Shown here: positions 32,101 through 41,300 of the stretch, in pieces
Layout of the letters: each line of letters opens with the position of its first letter
Numbering within the stretch: position 1 is the stretch's first letter
From: Flavobacteriales bacterium
GTDB lineage: Bacteria; Bacteroidota; Bacteroidia; Flavobacteriales; UBA7312
Assembly: GCA_049890095.1 (NCBI GenBank)
Contig: JBMHCD010000003.1
Coordinates: 14,036-78,035, forward strand
Reading direction: 5' to 3'
Length of the DNA: 64,000 nt
Notes under the pieces: generated by a model
What the model was told of the DNA's origin: nothing
What the model saw: only the letters and a program-made list of their open reading frames with translations
Databases searched by the model: none
Position numbers and translations under genes: made by a program

Positions 32101-33317
32101 TAAGTTATTTCTAAACCATCTTTCCATTTACCAGTTAAATAGTTGTATATGTGTTGCCCGTTTTCTGGATTACCAATTACTGTAAAGTCATTATTATAAT
32201 ACACAAAACGAGACATAATTGCTTGCTCTCCGTCCTCATCAATAATACTGTCTCTATCATTATCAATTAAATCACCTACATCAGCAATCGGACCTTGGAA
32301 AAAGTCAACACCTATAGCAGGAGGGTTTGTTCCATATCCTTCTGCTCCTTCATCTTCTGAGTCACCATTGTAACAATAACCTAAACCTCGTGAAACATCA
32401 CAACCAACATAATCATCATCATACTTTCCTAAATCAGGATCAACCCACTGACCAAAATATGCGTCATTTAATTGTATGGTTGCCTTATTAATTATGGTAT
32501 AATTATAAAAGGTCATATTATTGATTTCATCGTTTGTAGCAAATGCGAATGCCTGAGCTCTAATTTCTAAACCTATTGGGTCAGCACCAGTCTCTGAATG
32601 AATATTTCCTTTATCATTGAAAACCCACCAAAGAGTCTCATCTCCATAAATTAAATCATCATTCAAGCAATCTGCATTACCATCAACATCATACTTTGGA
32701 TAATCTCCATCTTCTGGATTGTACTCACCATCATCATTAGCATCGTAATATGGTGCTAAAAACTGTACTTCACCATCAATACCATTTCCAGGCCAATTCG
32801 TAATTGAAGAAGGTACAGTATATTCTGGATACGCTTCTTTATCGTTATACCATGCTATAAAATTGTCAACTTCTTGTCTAGTTATCTGAAAATGTTGATC
32901 ATAATTTTCACAATTTTGAGCAGTAATCTCACCTGTTTCATCTAGGGGACCAGTCCAAAAATCATTACCAGTCTGACGATAAGTCATTGCAGCAGCTTTT
33001 AATTGCTCACCAGCATCAATACCAGCAATCCACAATGCACCTGCAAACATAGAATGCTTATTACTTTCTTTTGGAATTTCATATCTAGCACTATTTAAAT
33101 TCCACCACATGTCACCACCACCCATAATGGTTGTCCTAACATTGTTGATACTAAGATCTGTCATAGCTTGCGATGGAACACAATCGGCAGCAACTCTTGC
33201 TAAAGAAGAGGCAGAATTTGTACTTGTGGTGTTACCAACGTTTTCTTTTGCAGTAAGTGATAACGAACATACTCCAACTAGAAAAAATAAAACGATTCTA
33301 TTCATTTGCGTAATCAT
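29184..33317 (-). CDS. Large secreted hypothetical protein with Ca-binding motifs, FN3-like region and T9SS-like C-terminal domain
   Basis: Signal peptide (alternative start 33305, MNRIVLFF); DANDDGE, DNDRDSIIDED motifs; C-terminus INVVPNPYY...VRITNLPAECVISIYSLNGSLV...DWDLKNQEGIPVASGAYII...KWFGVMRPIDLDTF. Confidence 0.7.
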   Translation of the reverse strand: MITQMNRIVLFFLVGVCSLSLTAKENVGNTTSTNSASSLARVAADCVPSQAMTDLSINNVRTTIMGGGDMWWNLNSARYEIPKESNKHSMFAGALWIAGIDAGEQLKAAAMTYRQTGNDFWTGPLDETGEITAQNCENYDQHFQITRQEVDNFIAWYNDKEAYPEYTVPSSITNWPGNGIDGEVQFLAPYYDANDDGEYNPEDGDYPKYDVDGNADCLNDDLIYGDETLWWVFNDKGNIHSETGADPIGLEIRAQAFAFATNDEINNMTFYNYTIINKATIQLNDAYFGQWVDPDLGKYDDDYVGCDVSRGLGYCYNGDSEDEGAEGYGTNPPAIGVDFFQGPIADVGDLIDNDRDSIIDEDGEQAIMSRFVYYNNDFTVIGNPENGQHIYNYLTGKWKDGLEITYGGDGRGGSTIANFMFPGDTDPYGWGTDGEITIDDWEDPEGWTEETAGNDPADRRFLQSAGPFTLEPGAVNKITTGVVWARATAGGAFASVELVRLADDKAQALFDNCFKVLNGPDAPDVEVVELDKELVFNFTNSPTSNNFLEQYIEFDPLIISPEGENWDPYFRFQGYQFYQILAPYVSVTDLDNPDLARLVFQTDIEDTVSNLINYNFDVSIGANVPTLEVAGSNTGITHSVRIINDEFATGNSRLINHQPYYFMAVAYGYNNYKEYDPTNPNNLDGQQTPYKSGRKNIRVYTGIPHKPFTTELNAEVGDGVEVTRFLGAGNGGNRLELSSQSTDEILSSAGMSENPTYVAGSGPVDIQVIDPFKLTRSEFALKFYGNLYNASSSDPRSIVLDSDESRWELVNISTGESYLSDATITVGNQQIFPELGFSINVAQNNPPDWDYYTNSAFYEDNNGLISSSIEFKDEYNPWLTGIRDRDDEDGEVTQANTLFWGYNWIHAGSYVASPPNSSVFDDYSTDPDAVYEDVVNGTWAPYRLVSFYLDGPGYDASQSYTSLPFQQTNNRLRNLQSVQIVYTSDKSLWSRCVVLEAQDNPTYSEGGVEKMDLRSGESVDKDGINDGTGNGMGWFPGYAINKESGERLNIMFSEDSWLEADNGRDMIWNPSTRRQSTLPPFFNGSYYLGGKHFVYVHSSKYDEGVAAAEAINGGVISKREFFRDMMWVSVPLLANGYELLSSDVEINIDVAREYRMDGDVDDTSISESFNITNENASLKDYFQNYDQLYAYDIVSISASDSVNIDGEWRQAGNLGDVYYTSTIRSSNQSGPVNVDVVYKKVNYPNYRFTTTNIAPTQLTNEEQVDSVVDMINVVPNPYYAYSTYEGVENGGQLDNRVRITNLPAECVISIYSLNGSLVQRLYKDSDGSASIDWDLKNQEGIPVASGAYIINVNIPNLGKEKNLKWFGVMRPIDLDTF

Positions 33318-33324
33318 TTATTTA

Positions 33325-36300
33325 TTAAAAATTAATTTCTACACCTAATCTAGCTAATCTTGGTAAGCTATAATTAAATGGGTTTACTACTTTATAACCA
33401 TATATATCTCTGAAAGATTGAGGATCATTCTGTGCATTTATCTCAGATTGTGCATTAGCATCGCTTAAGAATCCATCATCATCAGGATTACCTGTAGCTC
33501 TATACACAGATCTAATATTTTTTGTATTTAACAAATTTTGTATTTGTAAATAAACATTGAAACCTAAAACTCGTTTATTATCCAATTCTCCTAATTCTAA
33601 AGTAAAACGTTTATTAATTTTTGTATTAATTCTTACATTCCATGGCAAACGAGAACCATTTAAACTACCATCCAAAGTTGATCTGTTATTTATACCAAAC
33701 GCAGCTGCTTGTGTTATATTTGATTGCTTAGTAAATGGAGTACCAGAACCAGCTATAAAAACAATGTTTGCTCCTGAATTTGCAAATATTTGTTTATTGA
33801 ACCAAACTGGACCATTGTAATCCTTGCCTCCATCAAATCGGAAATCAGTAGTAAGATTTAAGGCATGTCTTTGATCATATGATAATGGCGTTGTCGTTCT
33901 TAAGTTTGGCTGTCCTGTATTAACTAAAGAAAATCCAGAAGTTGCCGAAGATCCTGTACCATCAGCAAATTGTAATGTATAGTTTGCTGATAATGTTACA
34001 TTTCCTGTCCTTCTTAAATCGTAAGTTGCAGACATACCCTTAACTGTTCCAAAATCAATATTACCATAAGTTAAATAGTTTACCGGATATGCATAGTTAG
34101 CACTTACAATTTGAATCATGTCACGCATTTCTCTGTAAAATGCAGAAAGGGTAAGTGATGACTTTAAATTTAATGTTTGAGCAAAACCAAGCTCAAAATC
34201 AACAGTCTTCTCAGGTTTAAGATCAGGATTATTTATTACAGCACCAACATTATCTTGTATGTATAAATAATCTAAAGGCTCTATACGATTACCAGTTGGT
34301 GGTCTTTGAGTAACTATGTCATAGTGTGCAAAAAACTGTGCTTCATCAGAAATTGGAAAAGAAAAAGAAATTCTTGGTGAAAATACTGTTTCTGGATTAT
34401 AATCTTTAAAAACTGGTATACTATCTGAGGGGTTAGTTAAATATGGAGTTATTTGTCCAGTAGTTGAAGCTTGAGCTAAAGATACTGGGTCATTGATTAA
34501 CTCACCATCTGAATTATACCAATCTTCCTGATTTCTATAACCTACAACTTGTGTAGGACTATTAAAGTCATCAACATAAACAACATAATCATCGCCTATA
34601 GATTGTGGCCTTTCATAACCATTTATACCTAACTCATCTCCAGCTTTATAGGTAGAATAGAGAGAATATTTATCTTCAAGAACAGACTGATTTGCATCAT
34701 ATCGATCAACTCTTAAGCCTATATTAAATATAAGGTCATCGAATGCAAATTTATCTTGAATATACCCAGCAGTGTATATTGGTTCGAATGCATTTATATT
34801 TCTATAAAATTGATCTACGTTACCGTCTCCGTCAATATCTATACCGTCAGTAAAAAATCGTTCAATCGGAGTTGAAGAACTTAATTTATTTCCCAAGTAG
34901 TCATATCCAGAATAAGCGATTATTCCATTTTCTAATAATTCGTCTGCACTAAATAAGCTTAAGTCAAGATCACTAGGGTCAAAAGAATCAATATCAATAT
35001 AATCTGTTTCTCCTATATTATATCTATCTCTTAAATTTCGATCAAAAGTAGACTGAGCCTCTTCATTATTTAAACGATCATACCAAATTAAATCAAATGT
35101 ACCGTTTTCAATAATATTAGGGTTTGCAATATCTAATTCTTGTATATGTGAGTTCGTTAATTGTCTTGCCAATGGCCACAGGCTATTAGGAGCAGACTGC
35201 CAAAATCTATCAGTTCTTTTCTCATACTCAAATCCAAACTGAATAGCATGGTCTTTTATATCTGCAGAACCAGTAGCTTTCATAGAAAACTGTTCTGTTA
35301 GATTTTTGGCATAAGAACCAAATTGATCACCATAATTGTAGTATAACGAATAAAGATTTCTTGGACCAGCACCGTTTACCAACCCTGTTGTCCCAAAATC
35401 ATTAAAAGTTCGAATCACTCCATCAGGTCCATATCCGCTCACCAGACTGGTCAGTTCATTTTGACTAAATGCATCATAATATTGCTGAGTGTAATTAGCT
35501 AAATCAGGATTAGAAGAATTAGTTGGATCAAATGTAACCAAAGTATCAATAAATCCTACATGTATAAAACCTGTTCTTCCAGTTACCGTATCGACTCCTG
35601 GAATATAGAAGCGTTCTTGAAAAGTATTGAATTTTCCAACATGACCATATCTAAATAGGTCAGATCCATGATTTGGATTTCTTTGTTCAAAATTTGTTGT
35701 AGTATAATCAACAGAAATATTATAAAATGCATTTTTAATAGTCGAAGCTGATTCTTCATCACCTTCTTGAGCCCCAAATCGTTGCGTAAATCTTGCATAA
35801 GCCCTCCAGGTATTTCTTTCTTGTTCTGGGTTGTTATTCCAGTTAAGTAGTGAGTAAGTGTAAACAAATGGATTGCTAACCGAATGATCTAATGCACCAC
35901 CGATACTAAGATTTGTTTTTAGAGTTGGTTTAAAGTCTAATTTTCCAGAAAGACGATAGCCTGATTCATTAGTATTTTGTTTTGCTTGCACGTTTTCAAA
36001 ATCACTAGCTCTCAAGAAATCAGAATTATTTATAAGAGTTAACGTTGAGGATTGAATATTAGGCACTGGACGAAATAAATTATTTTGTAAATTTTGTAAA
36101 CTTTCGTCCTTGATTTTCCAAATTCCAACAGCAGATGGGCTATTATCATCAATAGACCTTCCTTCACCAGCAAGAAAATATCCTAGAATAGCTCTACCTT
36201 TACTTCCGTCATCTTTAATTTCTTTATAAATAGGACCTGACAAAAAGAATCCCAGTAAGTTATAATTATAATCATCAAATAACTGAGAAGAAACAATTTC

Positions 36301-36996
36301 AGCTCCTCCAAATAATTGATTCGATGGACCTTTAGATGTTACACTAATTATACCCCCTGTTGCATCACCATAAGCTGCTGACAAGCCAGAGGACATTACT
36401 GTAATTTGTTCAATGGCGCTTTGTGGTAAAGCTAATGAACCTCTTACCTTAATTCCATCAACGTAATAATCTGTCGCATCACCTCTAGATCCTCTAACAT
36501 TTATACCTTGCCCCTCATCACTTTGATAAACTCCTGCTGCCGTTGCTGCTACTGAAGCAACACTTCTAGTTGGTAATGCTTTTATTTCTTCACTAGTAAC
36601 CGTTTTACCTCCAAGATTATCTTGATCTAATAGAGGTTTTTCATCTTTTATAACAACCTCTTCAATATCTATACCTTCAGAAAGTTGAATATCTCTGAAT
36701 GAAATTTTATTTGATGAAACAACAATACCTTCTAAAGATAGCTGACCATATCCAACAAAAGAAACTTTTAAATCATAAGTTCCAGGATCAAGAGGTTTAA
36801 TGGTGTAGTTTCCATCAAAATCGGTTGTTACTCCCGAAACTAAGTTTCCATTTCTTTCTGCAATAACATTTGCAAAAGGAATAGGCTCTCCAGTATTTTT
36901 ATCTGTAATTTTTCCTTTAAGAGATCCAGATTGTGCAAAAGATGTCATTGACAAAAGCAAAAATCCAGTTATTAAAAAATAAACTTGTTTCAACAT
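33325..36996 (-). CDS. TonB-dependent receptor-like protein with N-terminal carboxypeptidase-regulatory-like domain (Oar-like)
   Basis: GSLKGKITDKNTGEPIPFANV...TDFDGNY; plug INVRGSRGDATDYYVDG; barrel NPDLKPEKT, QNLLN, C-terminal RLARLGVEINF; 1223 aa. Confidence 0.88.
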   Translation of the reverse strand: MLKQVYFLITGFLLLSMTSFAQSGSLKGKITDKNTGEPIPFANVIAERNGNLVSGVTTDFDGNYTIKPLDPGTYDLKVSFVGYGQLSLEGIVVSSNKISFRDIQLSEGIDIEEVVIKDEKPLLDQDNLGGKTVTSEEIKALPTRSVASVAATAAGVYQSDEGQGINVRGSRGDATDYYVDGIKVRGSLALPQSAIEQITVMSSGLSAAYGDATGGIISVTSKGPSNQLFGGAEIVSSQLFDDYNYNLLGFFLSGPIYKEIKDDGSKGRAILGYFLAGEGRSIDDNSPSAVGIWKIKDESLQNLQNNLFRPVPNIQSSTLTLINNSDFLRASDFENVQAKQNTNESGYRLSGKLDFKPTLKTNLSIGGALDHSVSNPFVYTYSLLNWNNNPEQERNTWRAYARFTQRFGAQEGDEESASTIKNAFYNISVDYTTTNFEQRNPNHGSDLFRYGHVGKFNTFQERFYIPGVDTVTGRTGFIHVGFIDTLVTFDPTNSSNPDLANYTQQYYDAFSQNELTSLVSGYGPDGVIRTFNDFGTTGLVNGAGPRNLYSLYYNYGDQFGSYAKNLTEQFSMKATGSADIKDHAIQFGFEYEKRTDRFWQSAPNSLWPLARQLTNSHIQELDIANPNIIENGTFDLIWYDRLNNEEAQSTFDRNLRDRYNIGETDYIDIDSFDPSDLDLSLFSADELLENGIIAYSGYDYLGNKLSSSTPIERFFTDGIDIDGDGNVDQFYRNINAFEPIYTAGYIQDKFAFDDLIFNIGLRVDRYDANQSVLEDKYSLYSTYKAGDELGINGYERPQSIGDDYVVYVDDFNSPTQVVGYRNQEDWYNSDGELINDPVSLAQASTTGQITPYLTNPSDSIPVFKDYNPETVFSPRISFSFPISDEAQFFAHYDIVTQRPPTGNRIEPLDYLYIQDNVGAVINNPDLKPEKTVDFELGFAQTLNLKSSLTLSAFYREMRDMIQIVSANYAYPVNYLTYGNIDFGTVKGMSATYDLRRTGNVTLSANYTLQFADGTGSSATSGFSLVNTGQPNLRTTTPLSYDQRHALNLTTDFRFDGGKDYNGPVWFNKQIFANSGANIVFIAGSGTPFTKQSNITQAAAFGINNRSTLDGSLNGSRLPWNVRINTKINKRFTLELGELDNKRVLGFNVYLQIQNLLNTKNIRSVYRATGNPDDDGFLSDANAQSEINAQNDPQSFRDIYGYKVVNPFNYSLPRLARLGVEINF

Positions 36997-37112
36997 AATA
37001 CGCTATCTTAGTTCTTCAATAAAATAAAAGTCGTAAATATAAATATTTACCACAAAATTGAGCACTAAATTACATCAAAATATTTACTTCACGACATCCT
37101 TTTTAAAAAAAC

Positions 37113-37120
37113 TATATTTG
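37113..37120 (+). promoter_or_regulatory. -7 promoter box (TATATTTG)
   Basis: TAnnTTTG match 3 nt upstream of ATG 37124. Confidence 0.55.
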
Positions 37121-37123
37121 AAT

Positions 37124-37531
37124 ATGTTTAAAAAGAATTTATATCCTTTATTTTTATTTATCCTAATTGCCTGTAATTCTGAAGATTATATTCCCGAAAC
37201 TTATGTAAACTTTTCCATTCAAGCTTCAGAAATTGGAGGAGTTGGCAATGCCGTATACACTAATCAAGATTATGGAGTTAATGGAATAATTATTTATCAC
37301 AAAGATATAAACGAATATTTAGCATTTGAAAGGACATGTTCGTACGAACCTTCTGAATCATGTGCAATTGTAGAATTAAATGATATTTATAATCCTACTA
37401 TACTAATTGACAGTTGTTGTGGTTCATCGTTTTTTTTAGACGATGGCACTCCAATTCAGGGTCCAGCCTTGTTACCTTTAAAATTATATAACACCTCATA
37501 CGATGGTGTTTACGTTAATGTATATAATTAA
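37124..37531 (+). CDS. Lipoprotein with degenerate Rieske-like domain
   Basis: Lipobox LFILIA-C; AFERTCSY...DSCCGSSF...GTPIQGPALLPLKLY resembles the Rieske fold without the His ligands. Confidence 0.65.
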   Translation: MFKKNLYPLFLFILIACNSEDYIPETYVNFSIQASEIGGVGNAVYTNQDYGVNGIIIYHKDINEYLAFERTCSYEPSESCAIVELNDIYNPTILIDSCCGSSFFLDDGTPIQGPALLPLKLYNTSYDGVYVNVYN

Positions 37532-39291
37532 TCAACTAACAGTCTAAGAGATTGAGATGAATTTTTTACTCTAACCGTAATCATGTAAATACCAGAGTTG
37601 AAATTAGATACATCAAATTGAAAACTTTCAGTATCAAATACACTTTGAATAACATCTCTTCCTTGCAAATCAGATAATGTAAAATAAACTTTTGACCTAT
37701 CAGGGTTGTCAATTGTCAAATTTACTAACGACTTACCTGGATTAGGAAAAACATTTAAACTAAAATTTTGATAATTATATAAATCTGCTGTTGAATAACT
37801 CAACTCATCTGATTTGTAAACACAACCAAATTCATCTGTTAACTCAATTGAATAAGCTCCTGGATCAACAGCAATAAATTCATTACTGTTAGCTCCAAAA
37901 ATAGGCTCTCCATCTAAATACCATTGAACATCGAAAGACATTTCATTAGAGCAAGAAAGTTGATTACCACTCTGATTTATTTCTACTAAAAAATCTTCCA
38001 TACAAACCATAGCAAATATTTCGTCTGAATAGGCTAAACAACCATTTTGGTTTACCATCAACGAATAATCACCACTCTGAATAGGATACATATAAGTGTT
38101 ATTTTCATTTATCACTTCCTCTCCATTAAAAAACCAATGGTAACTCATATCTAAAGAATCACCAATGAAAGTTATGACTTGTATTTGATCATCATATTCA
38201 ATAATTGGATTTTGAGGAGTTTCAAAAACATACACAGTATCAGATGCAATAATTGGCTCAGGCACAATTTGATTGATAACTATATTAATACTTAAATCTC
38301 CACTTGTATAATTAGCTGAAGATGAGAAACCATTAAAACTAATTGACCCTAAATTATCATCACCTGTAGAAACTCCATCCTCTTCCATTGCAACAATGGT
38401 GTAAATTTGATTACTTAAATCAAAGTTATCCATATTCCAAGAAACTGGAAAGTCTTGATCTTCAAAGTGAGAAGACTCAAAAATCAAATTACCATTTTGA
38501 TCATACATCAAAAAATATGCGTCTGGTGAAGTAAATATGTCTTCCTCAAAAATTGATTCATTTCCCCAACCAGAGGCATTTACTATTTCGACTGACTCAA
38601 GCATATAATAAGTTTCAGAGTTAGATTCATAATTAATAATATAAACTCCAGGATCATTAAAAGTATGTGAAATAGGGTTTTCTAAATTACTAGTCATTCC
38701 ATTACCAAAATCCCAGTTATAACTTTGCAATCCAGGCTGATTATTAATAAAATCAACTATTAAAGGAGCACATCCAGAAAAATTATTCATAGTGAAACCA
38801 ATATTTTGAGATGAACTTGGCGCTATATATAGAGGTAAGGAAAAGGCTATAGTTTCTGTTCCGACAAGGTCAGATAATTCGTGGGTTGCTATAACAGTTA
38901 CATCCACATCAAAATATCCTTGCTCCATTGGTTGACCATATATAGTAACACAACCATACTGAGAATTTGTAGGAGTATAATGACAATCCGTTTCTTGATT
39001 ATTACACTGCCAATCCAAACCAAGCGGCAAACTAATTGAAGTAATATGATAATCTTCAAATACGATGGTTGTTTCTCCTAAAACACCACCCAAGTCAACT
39101 ATAGTATCTAAAGGCAAAAAGAAGGTTAAATCTTGATTGTAATCTTGATAGATTTCACCATCAGGCAAGGTGTCCGGCGATAAACCATAATTAGTGAAGT
39201 TTGGTACAAAAGTAATATCAGGAGTACACTGCGAAAAAGCATTAATACCAAATGGCATTATTGCTATAAAAAAAACTACAAAGAATTTCAT
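37528..39291 (-). CDS. PKD-domain protein with T9SS type A sorting domain
   Basis: Signal peptide; GCAPLIVDF...SYNWDFGNG (PKD); C-terminal VFPNPGK...SGIYMITV...LRLLVD. Confidence 0.85.
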   Translation of the reverse strand: MKFFVVFFIAIMPFGINAFSQCTPDITFVPNFTNYGLSPDTLPDGEIYQDYNQDLTFFLPLDTIVDLGGVLGETTIVFEDYHITSISLPLGLDWQCNNQETDCHYTPTNSQYGCVTIYGQPMEQGYFDVDVTVIATHELSDLVGTETIAFSLPLYIAPSSSQNIGFTMNNFSGCAPLIVDFINNQPGLQSYNWDFGNGMTSNLENPISHTFNDPGVYIINYESNSETYYMLESVEIVNASGWGNESIFEEDIFTSPDAYFLMYDQNGNLIFESSHFEDQDFPVSWNMDNFDLSNQIYTIVAMEEDGVSTGDDNLGSISFNGFSSSANYTSGDLSINIVINQIVPEPIIASDTVYVFETPQNPIIEYDDQIQVITFIGDSLDMSYHWFFNGEEVINENNTYMYPIQSGDYSLMVNQNGCLAYSDEIFAMVCMEDFLVEINQSGNQLSCSNEMSFDVQWYLDGEPIFGANSNEFIAVDPGAYSIELTDEFGCVYKSDELSYSTADLYNYQNFSLNVFPNPGKSLVNLTIDNPDRSKVYFTLSDLQGRDVIQSVFDTESFQFDVSNFNSGIYMITVRVKNSSQSLRLLVD

Positions 39292-39333
39292 ATCATAATC
39301 TTGTTAAGTTTAACAAGATTATGATATTTTTTT
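39290..39333 (+). repeat. Perfect 18-bp inverted repeat followed by T7 (terminator-like on the + strand)
   Basis: ATATCATAATCTTGTTAA-GT-TTAACAAGATTATGATAT then T-run; lies between two minus-strand genes. Confidence 0.75.
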
Positions 39334-39346
39334 CAATAAAACAAAA

Positions 39347-40660
39347 TTAGTATCTGTAGTACTCTGGTTTATAAGGTCCATAAACCTCTACTCCAATATA
39401 GGAAGCTTGGTCTTGGTTGAGTTCATCTAGCTCTACTCCTATTTTTGCTAAATGCAAGCGAGCAACTTTTTCATCTAAGTGTTTTGGTAAAGTATACACT
39501 TTATTCTCATACTTGTCTGAATGATCCCAAAGTTCCATTTGAGCAATTACCTGATTAGTAAAAGATGCTGACATTACAAATGACGGATGACCTGTAGCAC
39601 ATCCAAGATTAATTAATCGTCCTTCTGCTAAAAGAATAATATCTTTTCCATCGATAGTGTATTTATCAACCTGAGGCTTGATGCAATCTTTTGTATGCCC
39701 CCAATTTTCATTTAGCCAATTAACATCAATTTCATTATCAAAATGACCAATATTACATACAATTGCTTTATCCTTCATCTTTTCGAAGTGAGCACCCATT
39801 ATAATATCTTTATTACCAGTTGCAGTTACTACAATGTCTGCTTCCAATACAGCATCACTCATTTTCTTTACTTCAAATCCTTCCATTGCCGCTTGTAAAG
39901 CACAAATTGGATCAATTTCAGTAACAATAACTCGAGCTCCTGCTCCTCTCAATGACTCTGCGGATCCTTTACCAACGTCACCAAAACCAGCTACAACTGC
40001 TACTTTACCAGCAATCATAACATCTGTTGCTCGGCGAATACCATCTACTAATGATTCTCTACATCCATACTTATTATCAAATTTAGATTTAGTAACCGAA
40101 TCATTTATGTTTATTGCTGGTATGTACAAAGTACCATTTTTCTCTCTCTCGTATAACCTTAGGACACCTGTAGTTGTCTCTTCTGAAAGACCTTTTATTT
40201 CTTTAGTAAGTTCTGGAAATTTATCAAAAACCATGTTAGTTAAATCACCACCATCATCCAAAATCATATTCAAAGGCTTTCCACCATCGAAAGCATGAAT
40301 AGTTTGTTCGATACACCAATCAAAATCTTCTTCTGTCATTCCCTTCCATGCATAAACAGGAACTCCTGTTGCTGCAATGGCTGCCGCAGCATGATCTTGA
40401 GTAGAAAAAATATTACAAGAAGACCATGAAACCTCAGCACCCAATTCGGTTAGAGTTTCAATAAGTACTGCTGTCTGTATAGTCATGTGTAAACAACCAG
40501 CAATTCTCGCACCTTTAAGGGGCTTGTCTTTACCAAATTCTTCTCTCAAAGACATTAAACCTGGCATTTCAGCTTCTGCCAATAAAATTTCTTTTCGCCC
40601 CCAGTCCGCTAGAGACATATCTTTTACTTTGTATGATAATTTTTCCACTTTAGTACTCAT
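39347..40660 (-). CDS. ahcY: Adenosylhomocysteinase
   Basis: [61 protein letters not shown]-like CATGHPSF; promoter box TATTTTTG at 40679-40686. Confidence 0.98.
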   Translation of the reverse strand: MSTKVEKLSYKVKDMSLADWGRKEILLAEAEMPGLMSLREEFGKDKPLKGARIAGCLHMTIQTAVLIETLTELGAEVSWSSCNIFSTQDHAAAAIAATGVPVYAWKGMTEEDFDWCIEQTIHAFDGGKPLNMILDDGGDLTNMVFDKFPELTKEIKGLSEETTTGVLRLYEREKNGTLYIPAININDSVTKSKFDNKYGCRESLVDGIRRATDVMIAGKVAVVAGFGDVGKGSAESLRGAGARVIVTEIDPICALQAAMEGFEVKKMSDAVLEADIVVTATGNKDIIMGAHFEKMKDKAIVCNIGHFDNEIDVNWLNENWGHTKDCIKPQVDKYTIDGKDIILLAEGRLINLGCATGHPSFVMSASFTNQVIAQMELWDHSDKYENKVYTLPKHLDEKVARLHLAKIGVELDELNQDQASYIGVEVYGPYKPEYYRY

Positions 40661-40725
40661 CTTTTAAATTTTAGGGTACAAAAATACGAATAATTGCTTA
40701 AAATTTAGTTGTAATTTTGCTTTCA

Positions 40726-41286
40726 ATGAAAAGTATTGTAAAACAGATTAAGTCACCCCAATTTTCAGTTGTAATTGCATCTATTGAACAAGACTTAATA
40801 TATGATGACCAAATCCCATTTCATATCACAAACTTTAAGAAAAAAATAGAGTGGATAAATACGCGCCTTCTATTACGTAATTTCTTTCCAAAAAACGAAC
40901 TACATTATAATAAATATGGTGCTCCTGAAATAAACTCAAAAGCAATATCCATTTCTCACACAAACAACTATACTTCATTTATAGTGGCCAAAAAAAAAGC
41001 CGCTATAGATATTGAAAAAATAAGCGATCGAACGCTAGGGTTAGTTACAAAGTTTTTAAATCTAAAAGAACAAGAAAAATTCAATACACCAATTGAAACT
41101 ACCATATGCTGGAGTGCTAAAGAATGTCTATATAAACTTCATCAGAAAGGAAACCTTAACTTCATCAAAGATTTAGAAGTGAAATTCATAGAACAAAATT
41201 TTGTACTTTGCAGGCTTTACAAACAAGAAATAAAACTTCATCTACAAAAATTTGCCGATCATGTACTTGTCTATTACTATGAATAA
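40726..41286 (+). CDS. 4'-phosphopantetheinyl transferase family protein
   Basis: YNKYGAP, ISISHT, AAIDIEK, WSAKECLYK; ATG 40726 lies 6 nt after the TAATTTTG box (40712-40719). Confidence 0.8.
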   Translation: MKSIVKQIKSPQFSVVIASIEQDLIYDDQIPFHITNFKKKIEWINTRLLLRNFFPKNELHYNKYGAPEINSKAISISHTNNYTSFIVAKKKAAIDIEKISDRTLGLVTKFLNLKEQEKFNTPIETTICWSAKECLYKLHQKGNLNFIKDLEVKFIEQNFVLCRLYKQEIKLHLQKFADHVLVYYYE

Positions 41287-41287
41287 T

Positions 41288-41295
41288 TAAATTTG
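41288..41295 (+). promoter_or_regulatory. -7 promoter box (TAAATTTG) for the GGGPS-ykoF-pnuC-nadR unit
   Basis: TAnnTTTG match 5 nt upstream of ATG 41301. Confidence 0.6.
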
Positions 41296-41300
41296 CAAAC

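Noticed and set aside
39834-40298. 154-aa + strand ORF
   Set aside because: Entirely antisense to ahcY; a typical shadow ORF with no recognisable motifs.
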